Part shown: positions 27,801 through 39,800 of the stretch, one piece after another
Layout of the letters: each line of letters starts with the position of its first letter
Numbering within the stretch: position 1 is the stretch's first letter
From: Tubiluchus corallicola
Lineage: Eukaryota > Animalia > Priapulida
Length of the DNA stretch: 64,000 nt
NCBI GenBank assembly: GCA_030141605.1
Contig: JAQGDQ010000296.1
Coordinates: 62,001-126,000, forward strand
Direction: 5' to 3'
Notes under the pieces: generated by a model
Seen by the model: the letters and a program-made list of their open reading frames with translations, nothing else
Told to the model about the DNA's origin: nothing
Database searches by the model: none
Program-made: the position numbers and the translations under genes

Positions 27801-30800
27801 TCCCATGGGAACAGATAAGAATGAACTTGAGTTAGCAAAAATTGCACTCGAACGTGAAAGGATGGAACTTGAAAAATTAAGGTTGGAATATCAAGACAAA
27901 GAAAGGCAAAGGGATAGGGAGAACAACGTTAAGATGAAAGAGTTGGAATTATTAACAGCATCCACTAATTTGGGGGCTCAGCAAGCCAATAATCAAACTT
28001 TTGATGTTATAAAAAACATTCGCCTTGTACCTAAATTTAGTGAAACAGATGTTGAAACATTTTTTCTAACCTTTGAGAAAATTGCCAACAATCTCAAATG
28101 GCCAAAAGCTCATTGGCCTGTATTGTTACAAAGCAGTTTTACAGGAAAAGCACAGGAGATTTACTCTTCTCTACCCTCCACTCAGAGTTCAAATTATGAA
28201 CAATTGAAATCCGCTGTGCTAAAGGAATATGAATTAGTACCAGAAGCCTATCGCCAACGATTTAGGAACAGTCAGAAAGGGTCAAATCAAACTTATGTGG
28301 AGTTTGCAAGAGATAAAGAAGTTATGTTAGACAGATGGTGTCGTTCATTAAACGTTGGGGAATCTTATGAAAAACTAAGACAAATGGTTTTACTGGAAGA
28401 TTTTAAAAGCAGTATCCCTATGCAAATCAAAACGCACTTGGAGAATCAAAAGGTAGACTCTTTGCAAAAAGCAGCTGTTATGGCAGATGATTATGAATTA
28501 GCAAATAAAACTAATTTTAAATCTGTACAGTGCACCTATTGAAACAAAAAAGGTCATGTTAAAACAGACTGCTTCAAATTTCTAGATAGCCGGCTCTCCA
28601 GTTGCTTTTGCCTACAACTCTTCAAAAGAAGGTCCTATAGCAGTTTTCTATCGTCCATGTTAAAACAGACTGCTTCAAATTTCTAGATAGCCGGCTCTCC
28701 AGTTGCTTTTGCCTACAACTCTTCAAAAGAAGGTACCTATAGCAGTTTTCTATCGTCAGGTAAAGTGTTGCCAGTGTTGTCTGTGGACATAATTAAACCT
28801 GTTACAACTTTATGAGACACAGGAGCTGCTCAGTCACTATTATTACAGGGTGTAATCCCTCTTGATGCAACTTCTTATACAAGCGCTAGCGCTTTAATTC
28901 AAGGTATTGAAGGAGGATACACAAATACCACTTCACAGAATCAACTTGAATTCGGACTGTGTTAAAGGTCCCGTGACAGTAGGAATTGTTTCTCACATTC
29001 CAGTAGATGGAGTGTCCCTATTACTTGGCAATGATGTTGCTGGGGATGAGGTTATAACCGCTACACCTATTGTCACTCCTGAGCCAAAAATGGATGCGGA
29101 AACTGAGATTCTTGAAGAAATGCATCCTGGAATTTTTCCTGCTTGTGTTGTAACAATGTAACAAGATCACAGGCTCAGATTAACAAAGATAGCAGCTCAG
29201 AACAAGTGGATGACAAAGATAGTTCACCAACATCTACCTTCCCAAGAGAGAACCAAAGTGGTTCGATGGCTTTAAGCCACACGTTTGCCGCATAGATGGA
29301 TAAAAATTCACCAACATTATCTCTAAAACAAAAGGAACTTATTAAGGCACAGACAAATGATCCTTCTCTTAAGAAGCTCTTTTCTCTAGTCATGTCACAA
29401 GAGGAAATTAACAATGTCTCAGAAGGCTACTACATGTCAGGTAAAGTGTTGCCAGTGTTGTCTGTGGACATAATTAAACCTGTTACAACTTTACGAGACA
29501 CAGGAGCTGCTCAGTCACTATTATTACAGGGTGTAATCCCTCTTGATGCAACTTCTTATACAAGCGCTAGCGCTTTAATTCAAGGTATTGAAGGAGGATA
29601 CACAAATACCACTTCACAGAATCAACTTAATTAACAATGTCTCAGAAGGCTACTACATGCAGGCCAAAGTACTCATGAGAACGGGGAGACCACCAGATGC
29701 TCCTGCAGATGAATTGTGGCGTGTACACCACCAAATTGTAGTACCACAATGTTACCGTGAAGAACTAATGAAGATAGCCCATGAATTGCCATTAGCCGGA
29801 CACGCTGGTGTTAAGAAGACACAAAATAAAATTTTACAACACTTCTTGTGGCCAAAGCTGAGAAAAGATGTCTCGCAATTTTGTAAAACTTGTCATGTGT
29901 GCCAAATGGTGGGCAAACCAAACCAGAAAATTCCTATAGCTCCACTTCATCCACTTCCAATATTTGAGGAACCATTCAGCAGAATCCTAATTGACTGTGT
30001 AGGGTCACTGCCGAAAACCAAGTCAGGATATCAGTATCTTCTTACTATTATGGATCTGACTACGAGGTTTCCAGAAGCTATACCTTTAAAGAAGATAACA
30101 GCTGCAGCAGTAGTTGTTACTTTACTGAAGTTCTTTACACAGTTTGGCTATGCAACATTTCGAGATTTATGTTACTTGTAATCACTCACCTACTGTTGTA
30201 TTTACGGACCATAATCCATTGACATTTTTACACAGATTCAGAAATAAGAATCAACGTTTATTGCGATGAAGTCTGTTCCTCGAACAGTATGATTTAATTA
30301 TTGTACATGTCAATGGTCAAGACAATGTGTTAGCAGACACCATATCAAGATACTGTTTAAAGTAAACCTAAACAAAAAACAAAGTGTTTTTCTTATGGGG
30401 GGGGGAGATGTTATGACCCGTCTGCCGATTTTAATTTAAGTGCCAGATTGGCTTCTCACCTGTGTTTTTTACTTGCTTTTGACCTAGTTAGTTAGTTGTT
30501 ATAGAGGTGGAAGTAATGTCGGCTGCTCAGGATAACAGCCCTGATGTTTTGTTTTTGTTATTTTGTGTTTACTGGCAATAAAAATGCAGTAATGTCGCAA
30601 ATGCATCTCCGTTTATTCACCATGTTTTTGTATCCAATTCCAACTCATAACAGGTTAAGCTCAAACAACGTCCAAGGTCAAGGTCAAAGTCAAGAGTACA
30701 CCTGCGGCTCTTCTTCACACTATGTAGTATTTCCATATGTCAACCGGTACTAGTTTTGCTTTGCAAAAAAGCAAAATATTTAGTATATATATCATAAAAA

Positions 30801-33800
30801 CCTTATTAATGATTTTCAAATTCTGATTAAAAGTCAAAGTGATGTACCAACTGCATTTTAAGTGTTCCACATGTGCACACGTATCAAATTTCAGTTCTCA
30901 CACATTTCAGAACTTCACACGCAAGTTAGGAAAGCCAACCTCACTTCCTTTGCCATCAGCAACAACAATGAAAACCAACCATGATGGCACATGGTAAGAC
31001 AATAGCACATCAAGATATACTATATTAAAATATACACCCGCACGCACGTACGCTTGCACGCGCGCGCGCACGCACGCACGCATGCACACACACACACACA
31101 CACATAATGCATAGTAAACTGCAATAATAGCAAAAATAAGCTTATTCGTGACTAAAAATGCCTTAATTTTCTTTTAAATTTTGTCTTTATTTTGTCTGAT
31201 CTCGACTCTGACGGGCAACAATACAAAACTTCAGGGGCATTAATTTGTACAACGGAACCTTCGCCAGGAGCGAGCTAATCCCCATGCTCTCCGTGTTTCA
31301 CGCTCATTTTTGTGTCAAATAGTCGGCAGAGGTGTGCAGCATGCAACTAACATACTAACCTGAGCATTTCTCATTGCTTCAGTTCTTTCTTTCTTAGAGG
31401 CTCGTTTTCCAACCCAAACCCAAATTCCTGCTGAACCATTGTCCACAATAAAGGAATCCTACAACAAAATGGTTTTCACATCAACACTATTTGCAATGTG
31501 TACGTTTAGGTATTTAAGAACACATTTAAACAAACAAAAACACTTGCTTAAAATTCAAATATTTGAATCTATGGAGTACAGCTATACAATTAGAAGCCTG
31601 TGTGCATGTTACCACACGAATATGTGAGTTTGACATTATAAAATATTTGTGCAAAACCCATCTTTATATACACAGACATGTAATTTTAATACATGCATGT
31701 GCATGTATAAAATTAAAAAATGTACATTTAAAAAAAAATTAAGCCTGAAGTGTCCTATAACTTTGAAGTTTAATGTTACAACTGTATCACACAAAAAATC
31801 AAAGTTCTCTAGTCATACAAAGCTACGATATTACTCACGGGGATATTAATTTATTAATCTATTCATAATGCAACCTATACAAACATCAGGTACCCATAAA
31901 ACCGCAACGAATTCCAACCAAAATTTCTACTGACATATAGCATTCAAATTGACAGACAAGCAAAGAATAAATGCATTTCCTATGTAAACTATTGTATTTC
32001 TATTTACATTAAAAACGGAAATAGGTGAAATGTAAAAAAATAGGAAAGTGCCAAATGCCAGTAAAATTAAAAGATAATAAAATCTTCAACCAATAATCTT
32101 ATCCAGAATACGAGTAAAGAATTATAATTTCACCATTAAGATAATGCACTTCCATTTAGAAAAGTAGTTGGAAATACAAGGGTGGTCAAAACACAAAATT
32201 ATTCAGAAACTAAACAGAAAGCCAATGAAGTGACCATGCAGCAAGAAATTAGATAAAAATTATAATTAATCCACTGCAATCTTAATTCAGTGTGAATGTA
32301 TACCGCTCTCTGTTGATGCATAAAAAAGGCAATACAGAAAAATCAGTTAGAATTAGACCATGCAGCAGATAATTTTACTCCAGAATTTAGAAATAAAGGG
32401 AATGTTAACTTAAATGAAAGGAGATGCAATAGACTTTTGTTGTTTGTTGCAGGTGTAAACACAACACAGTAATGACCCACGTCATAATTTTTGCTTAAAC
32501 TTTTGATACACTTTTTGTCGAGAGTCAGTCATGAACACAGATAGCTCCAGTCCTCAAAAATATCTACAGCCCGTTAATGGATCTGACTGTTAAATTGGTC
32601 AACTGCGAGGCTGTTTAAGTACAGTGTTACTCAAACCAGTTTTTCCAAATGAAAGTGCACACAGGGTTTACACTTCAGTGAACTGGTAGGTAGGGAGTAA
32701 GATGCACGGATTTTACTAAGCCAGTTTACTTTTTGCAGGCTGCCTGCCACATCTTCAAAAACAAATGTTCATAGGTATAAATCAATAGGTAATGGTGCTA
32801 TATTTCTCATTCTCTCTAGAACATCTAGACAGAAAATGAAAATAAAAAAATCCACTTCAAGTTGCACTATTTTGGTGGTGAGGTGAAGGGGCTTATTCTA
32901 TATTACTACAGCAACTAAAGTTCAACAACTTCAACTATGAATAATATTATAATTAATTTGTGAGCAATTTTAAGGTGTAGTAGTTAACTAGTATTATAAG
33001 CCATTTCCTGTGTGGCATTTAATAAAATAGAATGTGTGACGGCAGCAGATGACATGTACAGCAATTTTTTTATTGTGTCGACATCTATAATCATAATGAA
33101 GACGATACATGACAGGACAGACTATTATGGGACTGATCAAAAACATATCAAAAAAAGTAGGAGCCACAATGAATGCAACAACAATGCACAATTGGCAAAG
33201 TACCACACAGGAACAATGTATGTTGCAACAAAGGGGTTAAATTACTTGACTAGCCTTTTAGTGTTAGCTAATGTTTTGATTGAAGGCAGATTGGCCAGAT
33301 AAATACTTACATTAGAATCAAGGTCTGCTTTAAACAATGGACCACTTTTAACCTCTGTAACTTTGAGTGTTCCACCTTCATCACAGCACCTATTTGACAA
33401 ACAAAAAATGAAAAAAATAGCTGTTGCTACAACATTACCAGAAAGGCAACCAAGCTGAATACGCAAAAAAGAGACACTTTTACAACTTTGTTATTCAACC
33501 TGTTAGCCATTTTTGCAAGAACTAATAAAAATTGCTAACCAGTCAGCTTCTAGTACAACAACTTTTCTGGTATGTTGCTAAGTCAAAAAAATTTGTTATA
33601 GACAAAATGAAACAACAGGAATGCCATTGCCGAGAAAATTATGAAGCTGCAGTTGGTTAATGATTTTTAATGAGAAAGATTTCATCATTGGTTGATGCAA
33701 TAACTGAAAATAGGCATATTAAAATACTTTACACATGCAGACACCCACCCATCCATACACTCATTCACTCACTCATGCACGCACACACAAACACACACAC

Positions 33801-36800
33801 AGTCTGTGGCAGCTAGATGGTTTAGTATAATTAAGTTAGATTTGTTAATTGCTAGAGAGTAGACTTAATGTAGATACAATATAGACCCAAAGTTAGGGTT
33901 AAGAATAATCAAACTCTGCCTTACTTGTATAACTTAAGCTCAGCTGTAGTTCTACGATCAAATTCTTTATCGCTTGTTCCTGGCTTAACAGCTTTTTCGG
34001 AAAGATTCAAATGTTCGTTAAAAATTTGCCGTTCCTCACTTGTAAGAAATTCTGTTTCATGACCATCTTCTAGAAAGACCATGTGAGCACCACCATGCTC
34101 TGCTTTTATTCTGTACAAAAATTATATTTTATAAAAGTTCATAATTATATTTACTCTCACAAATTACACTTATTCACAAAAGAAATATTAGGGATTGTTG
34201 CTCTATGAAATTTCCCAATAATATTAGCACACTATACTATATTTGACCCAATTCAAAGCATAAATTATAATGCAGTATTTTGTAGCTTCTCTTAACACAA
34301 CATGTTGCTTACTGTTTTTTGCAAGGATAACCTTTCATCAATCTACTTACTTAACAACAAACTTTTCACTAGCAGCTGCATTTACCAGATGCAACTGTCA
34401 TCCATGCTTTTAGAATAACTCCGCATTTTATCGGAGTGTACATCAGTAAAGTTATTACTTCTACTATTTCCTAAGGAAAGCACGCTTTCATTTAGCAACA
34501 CTCCACTTAAAACCACATTTTATGATACATTAGTTTCGCTAAGCAGGTCCTGAATGCATCCGTTTGGTTTAACTTCATCAAAACAAGTATGTTATCATAC
34601 TTCACCAGAATTTTACTATTCAAAAACCATTTTTGAATTCATTCAAATAGGTGCAACAAAATTTTTGCCACAGTGAAGGAAACTCAGTAGTTCAGAGTGT
34701 TTCCATTGTGCTAGCCAATTACGTGCGAACTACTTACTTTGTTTCTTACGTAAGGTACTTTGACCTGACTTGCATTTGCAACTGATGAACACGTACGTTT
34801 TGATGGTGGCTTACAGTAATTTAAATAATTAATAATGATAACCGAGTAAAGTAACAGGCTTGAGTAATTAATAAACAGAACAGGGCCTTTTCATAGCTTC
34901 AGGCTTTTAAAAACACGAACCTTTATCACAAAAAGACATGGCTGTTTTCTTTTTCAGGAGTGCAACAAAACTGAATATTCCTATGTACGGAACTGTGCAG
35001 TATTTATAAGCTTGCTTTCTTTGACGTAAAGCTTTTCCTCTCTTCAGTTATGTTGTATGCAACTCTACATACAGGGTATAATGTCCAAGATTTGCTGTGC
35101 AGAGGTGACCTCATAGGCTGACATGAGTGATTATGCCTTTTCAGAGAGGTTAAACATAACAGTGTCATTACCCCACCAATAGCACATCAATTACTCAGAC
35201 AGAACTCTCACAAATGAAAGTTCGTCATTAGTCCAACACAAGTTTCAGTGAACATTTAATTTTCTTAGCACTCTTCCAGCAAAATCTATTTTCCTTAGCT
35301 AAATAGTATTCTCCCATGTAAGGACAAATATAATAAGCTAAAGTATAGAAAATTTACCTGGCTGCAATGTTAGCAGCTTGTAATTTCTCTGCCCTGTTTG
35401 CATTCTTACCACTCCAGACAAACACTGCTGTACCTATATCCAATATAAAGCAATCCCCACTATTCATAGAAGACCAGGAAATTGGAACCTAGAAAACAGA
35501 AATATTTGCATCAAAGATGCGGAAAAACAAACCTGACAGGTATACGTAAAATTGCATCAAAGGAAAAACTCCAGCATTTTTTACTTAAACCGCTTAAAAA
35601 GTGATTCAGACTTTCTTAATATTATTATTTAGCCTGGGCTCTTACAAAAATACTCAATAACAATTTACCTCCCACACACGAATGTTACGATGTCCTTTTA
35701 CTTGGAAGAGCCTTGGTTTCGCAACATTGTCTACATGATTAAATCCTGAAGCAACACCTCCCTCAAGATATCTGAAAAATACTTGGATTAAATGCTCTGG
35801 TAATATTTTATAAAAAAATCACATTTCTTAACAAGAATTTCCATTGATAAAATGAACAACAATCAGTATTGTTCAATCATACATGTAGTTACCTGATCCC
35901 TTTCTTGAAGTAAGATAGAAAACGTTTTGTTTCACTACCCTGAACTTCTCTATGTTGTATGGGAGTTCCACCCAGTGAGTTATCCAGTTCTACAGATTTA
36001 ATTGCAGCAGCACCAGCTTCATCCTATACAAAATAAAGTTACTTTTTATCCTGAATTTTTCAACTGAAGTGTTTCAGCTTTTCAATCACACCACAAATTA
36101 CATCTAATAATAAAAATCAGATATTTTGAACAACTGCCTAAAGTTAGCTCTAAAATGACTTAAACAATAGGAAAAGCTTGAGTTTTCCATCAGCCTCTAG
36201 CTATTAAAAGTTGCTGAAACTCACCTGAGTAGTGTGTTGCCCAAGCCAAAAGTGAATATGTTGCTCTAATCCACCTCTATCTTCCTTTACCTAATATAAT
36301 AAAAAAAGTTAAATGTATCTGAAAGATTGTACAACATTAAATATTACATAACAATTAGTTAATAATCATGCTGTAATTCACTAAGATTTCTTATTGTCTT
36401 ATTGCCTAAACTACTAATTACCTTCCTTGGGATGGTATACGTGATATTAATGGCCAAATTTACAAAAGCCTAGTAGTTTTCAGCCCAGCCAAATTGCATT
36501 GTTGCTACAACTAGGTAGATTAATTATTTGATTTCGCTGTAATGTACATTCAATTGTAAAACAATATTATCAGTTTTAAGAACATTCGTTTCAACACTTA
36601 ATTGAAAAATGGAGACCCATTTATAAGTGCAACTTACTTTTATGCTATCTGCATTATGTGCTATAATCATTAAAACAGATGCTGAAATCAAATTGAATTT
36701 TCCAACAGTAACAAGAAACATACCTGTAATTATGATTCATGCACAATTCATTTCCCAACCTCAAAAATGGGATGCAGCCATGTGCTTTAATACATTTATA

Positions 36801-39800
36801 CACCTGTATATTATACCTAGCTTGGTGACAATAAGCTGATAATTACAACGAATATCTCCCAAAAACTGTTTTTGTTAACTACAGCCAACCTGTTAGGAAG
36901 AATGTTCAATCTCCTATCAATAATAAATCTGCTTGTGCCACAGTCTCTTATTGCCACATTTCTACTATAGCCCTTATCTTAAGAGACTGTTGGCCTTGTT
37001 TGAAGCAATTAGTATAAAATGAAGCAGCACCCCCCCCCCCCCAATTTTAGGTACAAGCCGCCACCAGTTGGTATATCAGATATATCTAAACATGCGTACT
37101 AAAATTCTCTGAAATTATTACCTAAAAGTTAGATATTAGCTACTAACAATAATATATCATTAGAGGTGCAAGTTACTTTTCATTATCAACATTATAATGC
37201 AAAATGTAGTAACTTGCCAAAACTATAAATGTGATTAAATTGTAAAATAAAGCCTAAATAACTACAAATAACAGACAACATGGTATCCAGAAAGAAAATC
37301 TCTGAAATGTTGTTGCGTAACACACTTGTACACTTAATATTACTCCATACAATTTATCAAAATTAAAAACCAGCGGTAAAGTTAATTAAATGAACAGTTC
37401 TAGTTAATTAACCAATTAACAAATTGCTAGAATTTTTCTGTTTTGACCCAAGGACTAATGGACTAATATCCTAACTAATAGTCTTACCAAATATTAACTC
37501 AAATGGATCATAGGAACATACAATTTAAAATTAATTAATTAAACGGCAGCTGAAATTACGCTGTAATTAATGAACTAATTAACGATGTGCCACGAACTTT
37601 TTGTTTTGAACAGAGAACATTCTAGCTAATCATCATGCCAAGTTTTGACTGGTTAAATACTTTTGGAATTGGATAAATGTAAAATAATTAATTAATTGAA
37701 GAGCTCTAATTAATTAACTAATTAATAAATTGCTAAAAAAATTTTTGTTCCGAATCAAAGACATCCCAACTAATTATCATACCAAATTTTAATTCAACTG
37801 AATAAATGCTGTAGGAGCTGAGTGTGAAAGACAGTCAGTGAATTGCTGGATTTTTTAAGACCCGAGCTAATGCTCCGAAATTAAATAATATATGCAATAG
37901 GCCTTATGCAATGTTTCCCATTAGTGTGCTGTGAACCAAGTATCGCGTCCCGTGTTCAACTAGAATGAGTGCATATAAAAGTGTACACTGGCCAACCTAC
38001 GCAATAACTATTTGTACAGCTTTTTTAAAGACTTAATGAAAATTTAAAGCTGATTTGCAGGAAAACAAATGTATCAGAAAACAACAGCAATGACATTTAT
38101 CCCATGTAGCTTATAAACTACATTAAAAAATTTCACAGTTACAATCAGTTTAGTTTGTTATGCACTCAGCCACTAAAACTGTTTCCCAAAATTGGACAGA
38201 TTTTATAACAGGAAATCTCTAATGTCCCCTTAACAGGGTAACTTCCTGTATGTGTAATTGACTGTTGAATCAAAAATGACAGATAAGGACAGTATCACAA
38301 TAGTGACAACGACGCTGATGTACTATATTAACTACTCATGCAGTGTACTGTCAATGTCAAATGAGGTCATGTCCAATGGAGATTATTATGTGAACAAGCA
38401 AATGAAAACTGCATACTCTACAGGCTTTGCTTAACCGACCTCCAGGTCAGATTTGCTTAAAACCTGATAAATCTATAGTACGCTAAAAACTTAACAACTT
38501 TGTTGGATTTGCTGAAGTTTTAATGACCACATTTCATTTTTATTATAAACAAATTGGGTAGCTTAGTTTGAATAGTTTTGTTAGAAATTGTTATAGACTT
38601 TTTTTAACAACAATTCTACTTTTATTACTGATTTAACAATTCAGTATTTCAGGTAACCTGGACACAAGTGTTGCAAATTGTCCCTGGGTAATAAAAAATT
38701 GGGCAAAGTCTGTGAAAAGCAAAAGTCAGTTGCTGTAGAACGTGAGTCATGCCAATTATATCCGGCTTTTTCGACTAGTCAGTAATGAATACAGCACTCC
38801 AATGAGCAAAAATTTTAAATCAGGATACAACAGTATTATATTAATAAGCCAAGCCTAATAGCACATTTTAACACTAGATAATACAGTAGTTAATTTGTCT
38901 TTCGACTACTTAGTCACAAATCCACTGGCAGTGAGATAACATCCCTGTCATTACTTAGTGTTCTGAATTCTAGCAGTATAAAAATAATACAGCTTGTACG
39001 TCAATGAATCACAACAAATTCAACAACGAAGTACTTACAGCCAGAATAATATAGGAATCTCCAGAGTAAAAGTGCCCATATTGCTCTCTTGGTACTGACA
39101 CAACACGCATATGCTAATAGAAAAAACAACCATAATTAGTAATTAATTGCTAACCTTCCTGAAAGATCAGCACGCTTGCTCACCTGATAATGTTAACTGC
39201 TAATCGTTGCTATAACAATAGCTAGTGTGAAATAACTGCAGGGCAGACCACACAACCAAAAACATAATACAGCATAATACAACCTTTTAGGGCTGTTTAG
39301 TGTAGCTGTACAAGCATTACAATGTAAATTGTTTGCCACAGTAACGATAATTATTTGAATAGCTACAATATCCTTTACCAACTACCAGACACTTTGATCT
39401 GCAGATATATCATTTGACACTGGTAAGTAGGCACATTTGTACACTTACAGCATATAGTTTTAAATGTAATAGTGAGAGCCCACTGTGTACAATTATGTGT
39501 TAGAATTGGGGCAGTGAATTGAATGATGACATAGTATAATTGTATGTATATAGGTCATAATGATAAGCACATTTTCCATGGTTCACACCATAAAACAACA
39601 AACCGTGCAGTTCTAAGAACACTGCATGTGCAAGTATGTGCAAAGTGAAACAAATGCATGCATAATTGCCCTATAAGTTGAACAAGCGCTTATATTGTTT
39701 ATCTTAACAACTTATTATGCCTTTTCTATTTTTCTGCTCATAGTAAAAGAAAATGAAATATAAACTCAAAACATATCAATTTAGATAATTATTATAAAAT

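Larger units (their letters stand above)
26279..30652 (+). mobile_element. Ty3/Gypsy LTR retrotransposon, Gmr1-like (gag-PR-IN-[RT deleted]-RNaseH), defective, antisense in villin intron 9
   Basis: Two 244-bp LTRs (TGTTATGA...TCATAACA); 4-bp TSD GGTT at 26275-26278 and 30653-30656; primer binding site; G-rich PPT; gag, protease (LRDTGA), integrase and RNase H remnants. Confidence 0.95.

Noticed and set aside
28540-28542. Programmed readthrough or selenocysteine at the gag TGA
   Set aside because: It is a single-base change from a Cys codon in a decayed element whose downstream frame is broken; no SECIS evidence.
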